A DNA stretch of 64,000 nucleotides from an uncultured Methanosarcinales archaeon (GTDB lineage: Archaea; Nanobdellota; Nanobdellia; Woesearchaeales; CAXGTL01), in assembly GCA_964645705.1 (NCBI GenBank), contig CAZYAB010000004.1:295-64294 (forward strand), written 5' to 3'. The notes beneath the pieces were generated by a model that saw only the letters and a list, made by a program, of their open reading frames with translations, did not search any database and was not told where the DNA came from. The position numbers were made by a program, and so were the translations under genes. Positions 28,866 to 40,985 of the stretch are shown one piece after another. Each line of letters starts with the position of its first letter. The stretch's first letter is position 1.

Positions 28866-31328
28866 ATGGATAAAAAAGAATCTAATGAAAATCCTGAAGA
28901 AAACAAAAAAGAAAGAATCATTGCAAGAGTCATAGAAGAAGAAATGAAAGAATCTTACCTAAGCTATGCAATGAGTGTCATAGTTAGCAGAGCTCTTCCA
29001 GATGTAAGAGACGGTTTAAAACCTGTTCACAGAAGAATTCTTTTTGCAATGCATGAAATGGGTATGTACCCAAATAAACCATTTAAAAAATCAGCAAGAA
29101 TAGTTGGTGAAGTTTTAGGTAAGTTTCATCCGCACGGTGACACAGCTGTATATGATTCAATGGTCAGAATGGCTCAACCATGGTCACTTAGATATCCATT
29201 GATATCAGGCCAAGGTAACTTTGGATCAGTTGACGGCGACAGTGCAGCAGCAATGAGATATACAGAAGCAAGATTATCAAAAATATCAACAGAACTTTTG
29301 ACAGATATTGAAAAAGAAACAGTTGATTTCCAACCTAATTTTGACGCATCATTAAAAGAACCAATTGTTCTACCGAGTAAAATTCCTAACTTATTACTAA
29401 ACGGCTCTTCAGGAATCGCAGTAGGAATGGCAACTAATATTCCTCCGCATAATTTAACAGAAACATGTGATGCAATAATTTATGTAATAGATAATCCTGA
29501 TTGTAAAATAACAGACGTCATGAATTTTATCCGAGGTCCTGATTTTCCTACAGGTGGAATAATCATAGGTAAAACAGGAATACACAATGCATATTTAACA
29601 GGAAGAGGAAAAATTACAATAAGAGGTAAAACATCGATAGAAGAAGTAAAAGATAGAAAAAGAATAATTATAACAGAAATTCCATATCAATTAAACAAAT
29701 CAAGTTTAATAGAAGAAATTGCTGACAGTGTAAAGAACAAAAAAATCACAGGAATAAGTGATATAAGAGACGAATCTGATAAACAAGGAATGAGAATTGT
29801 TATAATTCTTAAAAAAGACGCTAACAAAGACGTTGTTTTAAACCAATTATATAAAAAAACAAGATTACAAAGCACATTCGGAATCAACATGCTTGCTCTA
29901 GTAAAAAATGAACCAAAAACACTAAACTTAAAACAAACAATAACATATTTTATAGAACACAGAAAACAAGTCACAATAAGAAAAATAACTTTTGATCTAA
30001 AAAAAGCAGAACTAAGGGCGCACGTTTTAGAAGGATTGATTGTAGCTTTAAACAATATTGATAATGTTATAAAAAAGATAAAGGCAAGCAAAGATGTAAA
30101 ACAAGCAACAACAACATTAACAAAAGACTATAAATTAACAAAGATACAAGCAAAAGCAATCCTAGATATGAAATTACAAAAATTAGCTTCTTTAGAACAA
30201 GAAAAAATAAAAACAGAGCACAAAGAATTATTAAAACTCATTAAAGAACTGAAAAGCATATTAGCAGACGAACAAAAAATACTTAACATAATCAAAGAAG
30301 AATTAACAAAAATAAAACAAACATATGGTGATGAAAGAAAAACAATTATTTCTGAAGAAGAAAAAAAGATCATAGAAATAGAAGACATGATTAAAGAAGA
30401 GGATATGATCATTACTGTAACTCATCAAGGATATATAAAAAGATTACCAATAGACACTTATAAAAAACAAAAACGCGGTGGTAAAGGAGTAATAGCAGCA
30501 ACAACAAAAGACGAAGACTTTGTAAGTGATTTGTTTATTGCTTCAACACACTCATACATATTATTTTTTACAAACAAAGGCCAAGTACATTGGTTAAAGG
30601 TGTATGAAATACCAATAGGATCAAGACAAGCAAAAGGAAAAGCAATAATTAATTTATTAAAAATAAAAGATGAAAAAATAACAGCAACAGTGCCAGTAAG
30701 ACAATTTAAACAAGGAGAATATCTAATAATGGCAACAAAGAGCGGAACCGTCAAAAAAGTAGACATAACAATGTTCCAAAAACCAAGAAAAGGGGGAATA
30801 AGGGCAATAACATTAGACAAAGATAATATTTTAATAAATGTCGTGAAAACCGATGGTAATAAACAAATATTATTAGCATCTGCAAATGGCATGGCTATAA
30901 GATTTAAAGAAACAAATCTAAGATCTATAGGAAGAACAGGAAAAGGAGTAAGAGGAATATATCTAAAAGGAGATGATAAAGTTATAGATGTTATTGTCGT
31001 TGACGATAAAAAGGATATATTAACAGTAACAGAAAATGGTTTTGGAAAAAGAACTAAGATAAATGAATACAGAATAATAAACCGTGGCGGTGTAGGGGTT
31101 ATTAATATTAAAACTGATCAAAGAAATGGTAAAGTAATAGGTGTTACAGGTGTTGAGGAAAATGACGAAGTAATGTTTATTAGCAAGAAAGGTATAATGA
31201 TAAGAACAGCAACCAAAGGAATATCGTGCATAGGTAGAAACACAAAAGGTGTTAGAGTCATGAGAATAGAACAAGATGATGAATTAGTTGCTGTCACAAA
31301 GATAATTAAAGAGGACAATAATGGTTAA
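28866..31328 (+). CDS. gyrA: DNA gyrase subunit A
   Basis: [33 protein letters not shown] is the GyrA N-terminal signature. The active-site region [12 protein letters not shown] contains the catalytic Tyr. C-terminal beta-pinwheel repeats are present. Length is 820 aa. Confidence 0.9.
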   Translation: MDKKESNENPEENKKERIIARVIEEEMKESYLSYAMSVIVSRALPDVRDGLKPVHRRILFAMHEMGMYPNKPFKKSARIVGEVLGKFHPHGDTAVYDSMVRMAQPWSLRYPLISGQGNFGSVDGDSAAAMRYTEARLSKISTELLTDIEKETVDFQPNFDASLKEPIVLPSKIPNLLLNGSSGIAVGMATNIPPHNLTETCDAIIYVIDNPDCKITDVMNFIRGPDFPTGGIIIGKTGIHNAYLTGRGKITIRGKTSIEEVKDRKRIIITEIPYQLNKSSLIEEIADSVKNKKITGISDIRDESDKQGMRIVIILKKDANKDVVLNQLYKKTRLQSTFGINMLALVKNEPKTLNLKQTITYFIEHRKQVTIRKITFDLKKAELRAHVLEGLIVALNNIDNVIKKIKASKDVKQATTTLTKDYKLTKIQAKAILDMKLQKLASLEQEKIKTEHKELLKLIKELKSILADEQKILNIIKEELTKIKQTYGDERKTIISEEEKKIIEIEDMIKEEDMIITVTHQGYIKRLPIDTYKKQKRGGKGVIAATTKDEDFVSDLFIASTHSYILFFTNKGQVHWLKVYEIPIGSRQAKGKAIINLLKIKDEKITATVPVRQFKQGEYLIMATKSGTVKKVDITMFQKPRKGGIRAITLDKDNILINVVKTDGNKQILLASANGMAIRFKETNLRSIGRTGKGVRGIYLKGDDKVIDVIVVDDKKDILTVTENGFGKRTKINEYRIINRGGVGVINIKTDQRNGKVIGVTGVEENDEVMFISKKGIMIRTATKGISCIGRNTKGVRVMRIEQDDELVAVTKIIKEDNNG

Positions 31329-32445
31329 ATGTTTATTAATAACACATCCAGGAATTGAAGATATTTCTGCGTTAGAAGTTAAAGAAATAATAAAAAAGAA
31401 ATGTGAAACAAAACAAAGCATTGCAATATTTGAAACAAAAGATTATAAAGATATAATAAAAATAGCATATAAAGCCCAAAGTATTACTAAAATATTAGTT
31501 CTATTAGACAAAATAAAGTTAAAACAATTAAAAGATGTGAATAAGTTAAAAATAAACCTAAAAGAATGGATAAATGCTAATACTTCGTTCAAGATAAAAT
31601 GTAGAAGAAAAGGAAAACATGATTTTAAGAGTAAAGAAATAGAGGAAGAAGTAGGTGGTTTGATAATAGACAAATATAAATTAAAAGTTAATCTAACAAA
31701 TCCTAACTTAATTATTTACGCATATGTTTATGATGATAACCTGTATTTAGGAATAGATATAACTGGTATTGACCTAAGTAAAAGAAGCTATAAGATATTT
31801 CATCATCCTAATTCATTAAAAGGAACTATTGCTTATACATTAGTAAGAATAGCAGGCTACAAACATAGTAAAAAAATGATAGATCCATTTTGTAATAATG
31901 GAACAATAATCCTAGAAGCGGGTTTATTTGCATCAAACTTTTCAGTAAGATATTTTGATAAAGAGAGATTTGCTTTTAAGAATCTTAAACCATTTTCAAA
32001 TATAGATTTTGATGAATTATTTAAAGAAATTGATTCAAAGATTAAAAAACAAAAATTGAACCTGACTGGAAGTGAATCATTATTAAGACATGTTATTTCA
32101 TGCAAAAAGAATGCAAAGATTGCAGGGATTGACAAACTAATAGAATTTAGAAGATATGATATTGAATGGCTTGATACTAAATTCAATAAAGAAGAGATAG
32201 ACTCAATTGTAACAAAAATAATAGAACCTAATAGATTGCTAAATGAAAAGAAACTTGAAAAAATATACCAGGAATTCTTTTATCATGCAGAATTTGTTCT
32301 AAAAAAGAAGGGAAAAGTAATAATTATGTGCAAAAACAAAGAGTTAATTATTAAAAAGGCAAAAGAGTATAATTTAAAAACTAATATAAATAGAGAAATA
32401 ACGATTGGTGATCAAAAGAACTATATTCTAGAAATAAAAAAATAA
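31321..32445 (+). CDS. THUMP-domain putative RNA (tRNA guanine-N2-like) methyltransferase
   Basis: N-terminal THUMP-like region. [15 protein letters not shown] resembles the DPFCGSGT SAM-binding motif of Trm14/RlmL-type enzymes. No clear (D/N)PPY motif was seen. Confidence 0.5.
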   Translation: MVKCLLITHPGIEDISALEVKEIIKKKCETKQSIAIFETKDYKDIIKIAYKAQSITKILVLLDKIKLKQLKDVNKLKINLKEWINANTSFKIKCRRKGKHDFKSKEIEEEVGGLIIDKYKLKVNLTNPNLIIYAYVYDDNLYLGIDITGIDLSKRSYKIFHHPNSLKGTIAYTLVRIAGYKHSKKMIDPFCNNGTIILEAGLFASNFSVRYFDKERFAFKNLKPFSNIDFDELFKEIDSKIKKQKLNLTGSESLLRHVISCKKNAKIAGIDKLIEFRRYDIEWLDTKFNKEEIDSIVTKIIEPNRLLNEKKLEKIYQEFFYHAEFVLKKKGKVIIMCKNKELIIKKAKEYNLKTNINREITIGDQKNYILEIKK

Positions 32446-32452
32446 TAGAAAA

Positions 32453-33118
32453 TCAATATTTTATCTTATGCTTCTCTTTATACCATAATAAAACTATAAA
32501 TTCTATTGCAAGCAACAAACCAAATTCACACAAAACACTTGCGAATTGTTTATTAAACATTGGTAAGAATGTTAGGAAAATATATGTAGGGACAGTAAAT
32601 ATAAACATACCAAACATACCCATATAAAATAATCTTTTTTCAAATTTAGATCTAACACTCGCAGTACCTAAGTAAAATAATATTACTGCTCCAACAATAA
32701 ACAAAATATAATACAAAGAATAAAAACGATTTATTAAACCTAATTTAGGATATTGAACAAATATAGTCAAACATTTTGCAGATTCTTTATATAAAATATT
32801 GAAACATATAATAAAGAATATTGCTGGAGAATAAATTAAAATATGCCAATAATATGCTATCTTTTTTCTCCACATGATCAAAGCATAAGAAATACCTATT
32901 GCAGGAAGTAACGCAGTAATACTCATTGCAAAAATTGTAAACAATTTTAAACTTGTAATACATATAAGGAATTCATTTAATTGATACAGCCCTAGTAAAA
33001 AGGATATTAAAGCTATTATTTGAATCAATTTATCTTTAGGGTTCTTAAATAAGAAATACAGAGCTAGAAGAAACTCTATTACAAACGTTGACAATGAAAT
33101 ATATGGAGCAAAGCACAT
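32453..33118 (-). CDS. Polytopic membrane protein, function unknown
   Basis: 221 aa with about six hydrophobic helices. Confidence 0.45.
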   Translation of the reverse strand: MCFAPYISLSTFVIEFLLALYFLFKNPKDKLIQIIALISFLLGLYQLNEFLICITSLKLFTIFAMSITALLPAIGISYALIMWRKKIAYYWHILIYSPAIFFIICFNILYKESAKCLTIFVQYPKLGLINRFYSLYYILFIVGAVILFYLGTASVRSKFEKRLFYMGMFGMFIFTVPTYIFLTFLPMFNKQFASVLCEFGLLLAIEFIVLLWYKEKHKIKY

Positions 33119-33249
33119 ATATAAAAAAATGGATTAATAATATATAAAAGTTACTAAATAATTCATTGAATGAAATAATTAAAGTAAACAAACAATAGCT
33201 TAAAAAAACAGAAAAAGCAAGAACATAAAAAATAAAAAAATAAAAAAAA

Positions 33250-36200
33250 TCAATACTTACGTTTCTTCTTTCCTGATGTAATCAAAGCCATAAACATAAA
33301 GATTACTACACCTAACAATATCACAAAACCACAAATATATAACGTCATTCTCAATGAATCATCTATTCTGAATGAATCTACTTTTTGTGTTTGATATTGT
33401 TCTAATAACTGCGCAGTAATCTTAGCTCTATCAATTTCATCTTGTTGCGCTGTTGGCTTTTTATCTTCATCTTTTTTAGCTGGTTCACAATCTTTAACAA
33501 TTAAGTTAACTATCTTGTCGTCATCTTCTTCATCTTCGTCATAAAAGACCTTTACTGATATAGGATATGTCCTAGCATCTGTACCTTTTGGCACTTTAAT
33601 AAAGAAGCTATGTTTAAACTCTGAATCATCATCAAATACGTCCTCTTCTAGGTCAGGTACTGATGTGTATCTTTCAGATATACCTAATTCTGAACTAACT
33701 ACTTCTATTTCTACTTCTTCTTCCTCTTCTTGACCATAATTCTTTACTTCAACATCAAGATAAGTTGTTAGATCACAAGACAATTCTGAATCATCAAGTT
33801 CTGCTTCTATTATTCTTAAGTCATTATCTTCTTTTTCTATCTGAAGAGTTAATTGCCATTCTACAGTATGTTCTATACCATATCCATCTTTACCCTTAAC
33901 TAAAACATTAACTTTATAGTCTCCCTCATTAATATCTAAAGGCAAATCAAACGTCAATGTTTCTTCTTCGTAATCTGTAGGATCTAATTCAAATGAACTT
34001 GTTTTTTCATCCAAATCCTTTTTCTTATCTTTCGCTATTTTCTTGATTTCTACTTCTATCTTAATTCTTTTTATTTCCTGGTCTTCATTATCATCGTCTT
34101 CGTAAAGATTCTTTACTTCAATGTTAAAGTCCATGTTAGTGTCTGGCCTAACATCATAAATTGTGTCACCATCTATTACACTATAATCATCGTCATCTGT
34201 TTCTATTTCTAAATTAGTTATTCTTAGTTTTGATTGAGGTGATTGATAAACATTTAATCCTGTTTCATCAACATCCTTAGCTGAGATATTAATAGCTGCC
34301 GCCAATGTTTTACTTATTAATTCCCTTGCTCCTATGTAAGATGTTACAAAGATTCTTTCTGAACCACTAGCAGGAATGTTAAATTCATCTATATAATTAC
34401 TATAGCTTTCTGAACCACGCTTAATTGTAACATTCTTCCCTGAAACAGAAGTTATTGAAACAGCAACATCTTCTAAAGTTTGAGTTCCTGTATTTTGTAT
34501 CAAAAACTCTTTAGTTTGTTGAGTTCCTCTTTCACCATCAAATACTATTTCTAGCTCACTTAAACTCATACCAAAAGCAGTTCCTTGGTCTTTTGCAGTA
34601 AATGATGTAAAGTGTTCCACCTCAAATACTAATATTCCTGAAGTCTTATCATATGACTTGATTATACAGAAATTACAAATCTTGCTAATTATGTTTGGAT
34701 CTGTTGTAAATGCATCGTCATAATAAACAACAGGAACATCTAAACCTGGTGACTTCATAGTAATTGTAGCTGGTTTATCTAATGTTGGCAAATTATCAGT
34801 ATTCAAAGCAACCAAATTATCTTCTATCTTTACATTACTATCAACATCCAAAACATCACTAAGATCTATTTCCTGATTTCCAAAATCAATGTTTCCCGAA
34901 CCTTTAGATATTTCTACATCAGTTGCTTTATCAATACCTTCGCTATCATCAAAATCAATATCATTTTCTTCAGCAACAGGTTTATCTGCAACAATTACAG
35001 TCCATGATTCGTTTATACTCTGTCCGTCTACAACCATTGCAGTGACTTCATAAGTTGCAGGGTAGGTTGGCATAAATTTATATGAATATACATTTCCTTC
35101 GACACTTTCTTCATGTCCCCACATTATTGTAGTATTTTCTTGTGAAACAACATCAACATCCCATGATACAATCAGATCATCATCATCATCAACTGCAGTA
35201 ATGCTAAAATCAACTGTACCTTCTTCACCAATAATCAACTCAGACTCAGAAGGTGTTCTTCCACTTACAATTGTAGTATCATCAACTTCTGTTACAGTTA
35301 TCAAAACATTTTGTGATTCTGTTAAGCCTTTACTATCATTCAATGTGAATGTAACCATGTCACTACCAAACTTGTTTTCAATAGGTGTGAATGTTACTAA
35401 GTCAGTTGCAGCAACAATATCAACTGAAGCCAACAATGTTTCGTCTACACCATCAACACTCCATGTTAAACCAGTATCTGAATCTTCTAAATCATTTTCA
35501 TATGTTGTTAGATCAATTACATGTAATGAATCTTCGCTAAATGTTATGTTTGCAATTGCTGGATCAATTGTTGGTGCTAAGTTAATGTGTGAAACAACAA
35601 TATCAGCTGTTGTAATTGTTTCTTTATCACCATTTAAGTATGATATTCTTATATCAATTGGGTATGTTCCGTCCAATACTAATTCTGATATTTCAAACAC
35701 ATCACCATAAGATATACTATCATCAATTTCTAGCAAATCTAAACTTTCTGAAAAATTAATTTCTAATTCAGTGTTTTTAGCAGTAATTTGAATGTTTCTC
35801 TCATCTCTTACACCTAGATTAATCAAATCAAAAGTCAGAGCTATGTTTTCCCCACTATTTACAGATTCTTCAGATAATAAAACATTATCAACAAGTATTT
35901 TGTGTGTTTCTCTTTCAACACTTAACTGCCTTCCTTGATCAATCAAAGTGTATTCATTATCATCACCGTCTAAAATAGTATCAAATCCTATACCAAATAA
36001 ATAATAATCTTCTTCTGCATCAATAGGAACGTCGAATTCAACAGTCTCAACATCACTTGTTGCTCCTGGTTGAAGATTTATATTAAACAAAGCCAATGTA
36101 TCAGAATCAACAGGCAATCTATCAATACCAAAACCGCCATCAACAATATCTAATTCTTCATCTGTGAATAAATTTGTTAATTGGAATTGGAATGTTAATT

Positions 36201-39200
36201 TATCACCAGGTCTTACATCTTCAACTATTCCTTCCTCTTCTGTTGCTACACCATTAACTTTAATAAATTCAACAACCAAAGGATGCTTAACAGTTAGATT
36301 GAACTCTTGTTCATCACACTCATCTTTGTCATCGCAAACTTCAATAGTTATTCCATCATACAATCCAATATCTTCAGCACTTGGTGTCCACTCAACTAAA
36401 CCTTCTTCATCAATTTCCATTTCTTCTGGTCCGCCTACATAATAATCTAGTTCACCATCATCTTCTGCAACAACTTGATAACTATACTTTCTATTAGCCA
36501 ATACTTCTTCACCAGGTGTTGAAGTTATCTCTGGATCAACATTATATAATACATCAAATGAAAATTCAGTTGATTCTGCATTATTGCCATCTGAATCATT
36601 TACAAAGACTTTCCACATATGTGTTTGTTGGTCTTCGAATTCAGCAGTAAATGAAAATTCAGTTGTTGTGCCTAACAATGTAAACTCTTCCACACTATCA
36701 TTTCTAGAATATACATAATATGTTACATCATCACCATCAGGATCTCCTTCTTCAAAATCATCTTCTAATTCCCATTCTAGATCAACACTCGTATCATTAA
36801 CAGTATCTCCATTACCAGGGCTTACTAACACTGGCAAATATGGATCATCTGATACTGCATTAACAGTAACAATGATTGCATCATTATCACTTGCTTCACC
36901 ATCGCTAGCAACAAATACTAAAGATGTTACACCATTAAAGTCTTCAACAGGTTCAATAGTTGCTTCTGTTCCATCAAATGAAACATCTAAGTAATCATTA
37001 GGAATTACAGAAAATTCTAAATCCTCATCAGCTGTTTCTTCATCACTAACCAAATCTGCCAAATCAAATGATTCGGTTGTATCTTCATCAATCTCAACAT
37101 CTTGCAGACCTCCTAAAACAGGTGCATCATTAATTGGTACTAAAATAACAACTAAATCTTGGAAAACACTGCCTTCTGAATCAGTTACATTAACGGTGAT
37201 TGTATCTTCAAGATCTTGTACTTTTGTTTCATCTTCATAAAGTAATGTTAACACATAACCATCTATTGATACATAATCTAAATGATCAGCATCAACATCA
37301 ATAGTTAATGTTTCTTCTTCAACATTTGTTATAAAAGATTCTAAATCATATTCTTCAGCAACACTTTCATTAACATCAACTTCATCTAGTTCTGCTAACA
37401 CAACAGAATCATGAACAGCTTCAATATTGATAGTAATTGTTTCTGTGTCACTTGCTTCATCAAGATCAGTAGCAGTTACATCAAATGTTGTTTGGCCGTT
37501 AGCATCCTCAACAAGATCAAAACTTAAAACAAAACCATCTCCCAATCTATCAATACTAACATCTAATAACATTTCATCATCAACAGTTTCTTGATCAACT
37601 GTCAAAGTAAGATCTGTTTTTTCATCATCAACATCAGATACATTTTCAGTAAGAGAAACTAATTCAGATATATCCTCAATAATTGATATTTCCATATTCT
37701 CATCCAATTCGGGTGCATCATTAACAGCTTCAACAGTTATTGTAAAACTATCAGTCTCACAATCATTTTCCATTCCACTATCATCACACACTTCAACACT
37801 AACATCATATTCTCCTTCCTGATTATTAACAGGTGTCCATGTAAATTCATTAGTTTCTGAATTAAACTCTAGACCAGTAGCGTCTACATCAATATCAGGA
37901 GTAACAGTTAAATCATCTACTTCATCATCATCACTCACACTAATTTGATAACTAAATGGTTCATCTTCTGTTGCTTCTTGATTTTCCAAAGCAGTATCAA
38001 ACACAGGCTCTGAGTTCATAGTAATGCTAACTGATTCTGTATCATTTAGATTTTCAGAAGGATCTTCACAATAAAAGTTTATTGTTGTTGAATGTTCTGT
38101 TAAATCAATTGTTAAACTACCTTCCGTATTCTCTTCAAACAATGTAACCTTTGTTTGACCAGCATCTAAACTATATTCGCAATCAACTGTTTCAGTTGCA
38201 GTAACACTAAGTTCAACTTCATTAGTTTCCAAGAATTCATCAGCAGTTGGTGTATTTATTGCAACACTTGGAATAGTTTCATCTTTAACTTCAAATGAAT
38301 CTAATACTTCATTATTAACATTTTCCTCAGTATCATTTGCATAAAATGTAACAGTGTATTCATCATAGATTAAATCAGGAATGCTTACAGCATAAGTTGA
38401 ACCTGTATCTAATTCCATTTCATAATACACACCTTCAATAATAGCATAAACTTTTGCAACACCAGATCCAGGCGAATCTGTTACATCAACACTTATATCA
38501 ACACTCTCACCCCATTCTGTAATTTCTTCTATAACTGAGTTTTCCACACTCGGTGCAACAGTATCTTCAACAACCACAGTATCAGTTTCATCATTATTCA
38601 TGTTTCCGTATTGATCCATTGCAATGAACTGAATATCATAATCATCTATTTCAAAATCAGAAATTGAAACAACAAAAGTTCCTTCTGTTTCATCATCGTT
38701 CATATCATAATCTTCTCCATCAATCACAGCATAAACAGCAATAATAGATGATTCATCACTAACATCAGCACTAAGCTCTACATCTGCATCATATTCCACA
38801 TTAGGAGTTAAGACATTAGTAATAACTGGTTCAACACTATCTTCTATTTCAAAAGAATCTGTTATACTATCATTAACATTCTCAGCACTATCATTTGCAA
38901 AGAATGAAATATCATAATCTTCAACACCTAATTCTCTATTATCTTTTGAAGTTGAGAATGTTTTTAAGTAAGTTGTTCCTGTTTCTAAACTCATTTCATA
39001 ATAATAATCATCAACAATAACAAAAACATCTTCTAAATTATTATCAACAACATCAACTCTTATTTCCACATCGTCTCCTAGTTCAATTATTGATTCAACT
39101 TGTGAATTATCAACAGCAGGTACAATTGTATCAATTGTAAATGTTACTGATTCTGAATCAGTATTATCTGCCCTATCAACACAATAAACATCAACTGTTT

Positions 39201-40743
39201 TTTCTCCATCAGAACCAAATTCTATTGTATCAGAACCTTCATCAGAACCTTCAATCAAAGTTACATTATTTAAACCAGAATCTATTGAATAATCACAATC
39301 AACAGTTTCAGTAACATCAACATCTAATGAAATTGACTGAGTTGTTTTATAACCAGTAGTTGGTGTATTAATAGTAATCTCTGGATCTTCATCATCTATT
39401 GTAAATGTTATATCAGCTACTGCGATATTACCTGCTTCATCTAATGAAGTAACAGAGAAAAAAGGAAAATCTTCATCATCCAGAGTAATAATACCACTCC
39501 AATAATTAGTATCACCTTCTTTACTTAATACTTCTTCACTTTCTGTTGTAACAGAAAAAAGATTATCTTCAATTATACTAACATTCATTATAACTTGAGT
39601 TCCATCTTGTACATAGTCATCTGAAAAAGGTGTTGCTCCATCAAAAGTAATTACAGGAGATACATCATCAATTGTAAATGTAAGACTATCATCAGTATCA
39701 GTATTACCTGCAAGATCAGTTGCTACAATATTAAGAGGACTACTCAAGTCACTAAGAGTTAGACTAGCACTCCAATAATTAGTATCACCTTCTTTACTAA
39801 GATCTTCACCATCAGCAGTCACAGTATCAAGATTAGCATCAGTAACACTAACATTAAGAACAACACTATCATCTGTCTTAACAATATTATCTTCTAGATC
39901 AGGTGTACCAATTTCAGGATCAGCATCATCGATTGTAAATGTAAGACTATCATCAGTATCAGTATTACCTGCAAGATCAGTTGCTACAATATTAAGAGGA
40001 CTACTCAAGTCACTAAGAGTTAGACTAGCACTCCAATAATTAGTATCACCTTCTTTACTAAGATCTTCACCATCAGCAGTCACAGTATCAAGATTAGCAT
40101 CAGTAACACTAACATTAAGAACAACACTATCATCTGTCTTAACAATATTATCTTCTAGATCAGGTGTACCAATTTCAGGATCAACTTCATCATTAATACT
40201 ATTAATAGCTCCAGGTGTTCCATCTTCAGAAGTACTTTCAGCCCAATTATTATAATCAAAATTATATCTTTCAATAGAATAACCTTCAGCAGCCAAATCA
40301 GTGTAAGCTAATTCAGCAGTGATAGTTGTATTTGTTAGAGTAATTGTTTCACCAGTATTACTTAAACCTAAATCACACATTGCACCAGCATCAACACGGA
40401 AAGCCAATGCATCAGCATCAACTAAAAAAGCATCATAAACAGTTGTTCCAGGATCACCATCAGTAATAAGAGCATATCCTCCTGATTGTAAAACAAAATC
40501 ATTTTCAGAATAAACAACATCATCTGTATCATTGTAATAACCTGTCAGAAGATCATCACCACACAAAGTAAAATCAGACAGATTTAAATCATTAGGACCA
40601 GAATTATAAATCTCAATCCACTCTTCTGTAGCTTCAGTTACAGGATCATACATAACTTCACTTATGTACAAATCACCAACAACCAAACCACCACACATAA
40701 CCAAACTTAGAACTAATATAATTAAACTTATCACCTTTTTCAT
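33250..40743 (-). CDS. Giant (2497 aa) cell-surface protein: signal peptide, lamin-tail-like N-domain, many Ig/cadherin-like (NDAP-motif) repeats, CARDB-like C-terminal module, acidic linker and C-terminal TM anchor
   Basis: Signal peptide MKKVISLIILVLSLVMCGG. LYISEVMYDP is lamin-tail-domain-like. There are repeated xxVNDAPxL motifs and internal exact 87-aa tandem repeats. The C-terminal TM is ICGFVILLGVVIFMFMALI, followed by KKKRKY. Confidence 0.75.
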   Translation of the reverse strand: MKKVISLIILVLSLVMCGGLVVGDLYISEVMYDPVTEATEEWIEIYNSGPNDLNLSDFTLCGDDLLTGYYNDTDDVVYSENDFVLQSGGYALITDGDPGTTVYDAFLVDADALAFRVDAGAMCDLGLSNTGETITLTNTTITAELAYTDLAAEGYSIERYNFDYNNWAESTSEDGTPGAINSINDEVDPEIGTPDLEDNIVKTDDSVVLNVSVTDANLDTVTADGEDLSKEGDTNYWSASLTLSDLSSPLNIVATDLAGNTDTDDSLTFTIDDADPEIGTPDLEDNIVKTDDSVVLNVSVTDANLDTVTADGEDLSKEGDTNYWSASLTLSDLSSPLNIVATDLAGNTDTDDSLTFTIDDVSPVITFDGATPFSDDYVQDGTQVIMNVSIIEDNLFSVTTESEEVLSKEGDTNYWSGIITLDDEDFPFFSVTSLDEAGNIAVADITFTIDDEDPEITINTPTTGYKTTQSISLDVDVTETVDCDYSIDSGLNNVTLIEGSDEGSDTIEFGSDGEKTVDVYCVDRADNTDSESVTFTIDTIVPAVDNSQVESIIELGDDVEIRVDVVDNNLEDVFVIVDDYYYEMSLETGTTYLKTFSTSKDNRELGVEDYDISFFANDSAENVNDSITDSFEIEDSVEPVITNVLTPNVEYDADVELSADVSDESSIIAVYAVIDGEDYDMNDDETEGTFVVSISDFEIDDYDIQFIAMDQYGNMNNDETDTVVVEDTVAPSVENSVIEEITEWGESVDISVDVTDSPGSGVAKVYAIIEGVYYEMELDTGSTYAVSIPDLIYDEYTVTFYANDTEENVNNEVLDSFEVKDETIPSVAINTPTADEFLETNEVELSVTATETVDCEYSLDAGQTKVTLFEENTEGSLTIDLTEHSTTINFYCEDPSENLNDTESVSITMNSEPVFDTALENQEATEDEPFSYQISVSDDDEVDDLTVTPDIDVDATGLEFNSETNEFTWTPVNNQEGEYDVSVEVCDDSGMENDCETDSFTITVEAVNDAPELDENMEISIIEDISELVSLTENVSDVDDEKTDLTLTVDQETVDDEMLLDVSIDRLGDGFVLSFDLVEDANGQTTFDVTATDLDEASDTETITINIEAVHDSVVLAELDEVDVNESVAEEYDLESFITNVEEETLTIDVDADHLDYVSIDGYVLTLLYEDETKVQDLEDTITVNVTDSEGSVFQDLVVILVPINDAPVLGGLQDVEIDEDTTESFDLADLVSDEETADEDLEFSVIPNDYLDVSFDGTEATIEPVEDFNGVTSLVFVASDGEASDNDAIIVTVNAVSDDPYLPVLVSPGNGDTVNDTSVDLEWELEDDFEEGDPDGDDVTYYVYSRNDSVEEFTLLGTTTEFSFTAEFEDQQTHMWKVFVNDSDGNNAESTEFSFDVLYNVDPEITSTPGEEVLANRKYSYQVVAEDDGELDYYVGGPEEMEIDEEGLVEWTPSAEDIGLYDGITIEVCDDKDECDEQEFNLTVKHPLVVEFIKVNGVATEEEGIVEDVRPGDKLTFQFQLTNLFTDEELDIVDGGFGIDRLPVDSDTLALFNINLQPGATSDVETVEFDVPIDAEEDYYLFGIGFDTILDGDDNEYTLIDQGRQLSVERETHKILVDNVLLSEESVNSGENIALTFDLINLGVRDERNIQITAKNTELEINFSESLDLLEIDDSISYGDVFEISELVLDGTYPIDIRISYLNGDKETITTADIVVSHINLAPTIDPAIANITFSEDSLHVIDLTTYENDLEDSDTGLTWSVDGVDETLLASVDIVAATDLVTFTPIENKFGSDMVTFTLNDSKGLTESQNVLITVTEVDDTTIVSGRTPSESELIIGEEGTVDFSITAVDDDDDLIVSWDVDVVSQENTTIMWGHEESVEGNVYSYKFMPTYPATYEVTAMVVDGQSINESWTVIVADKPVAEENDIDFDDSEGIDKATDVEISKGSGNIDFGNQEIDLSDVLDVDSNVKIEDNLVALNTDNLPTLDKPATITMKSPGLDVPVVYYDDAFTTDPNIISKICNFCIIKSYDKTSGILVFEVEHFTSFTAKDQGTAFGMSLSELEIVFDGERGTQQTKEFLIQNTGTQTLEDVAVSITSVSGKNVTIKRGSESYSNYIDEFNIPASGSERIFVTSYIGARELISKTLAAAINISAKDVDETGLNVYQSPQSKLRITNLEIETDDDDYSVIDGDTIYDVRPDTNMDFNIEVKNLYEDDDNEDQEIKRIKIEVEIKKIAKDKKKDLDEKTSSFELDPTDYEEETLTFDLPLDINEGDYKVNVLVKGKDGYGIEHTVEWQLTLQIEKEDNDLRIIEAELDDSELSCDLTTYLDVEVKNYGQEEEEEVEIEVVSSELGISERYTSVPDLEEDVFDDDSEFKHSFFIKVPKGTDARTYPISVKVFYDEDEEDDDKIVNLIVKDCEPAKKDEDKKPTAQQDEIDRAKITAQLLEQYQTQKVDSFRIDDSLRMTLYICGFVILLGVVIFMFMALITSGKKKRKY
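39663..40183 (-). repeat. Perfect tandem duplication of a 261-bp unit (2 copies) inside the giant surface-protein gene
   Basis: Direct comparison of 39671-39922 with 39932-40183 shows identical DNA. It encodes two identical 87-aa Ig-like repeats (…IGTPDLEDNIVKTDDSVVLNVSVTDANLDTVTADGEDLSKEGDTNYWSASLTLSDLSSPLNIVATDLAGNTDTDDSLTFTIDD). Confidence 0.9.
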
Positions 40744-40985
40744 TTTATCTCATCCCCCATTTTGTTTAAAAATATATTTATATATCAAAATATTGATATT
40801 TATTAAAAATCCCCTTTTTATTTCGGAAAAATCCTATTACTATTCTCGAATAAAAACAGGTTATATAAAGATTTCTATAGTTACAAACATCATTATAAAA
40901 TTCATATTATTTATTATATATATTATAGAGAATATACTAAATTAAGAGATATGAATTAAAAAAATAAGAAATAAAAAAAATATAA

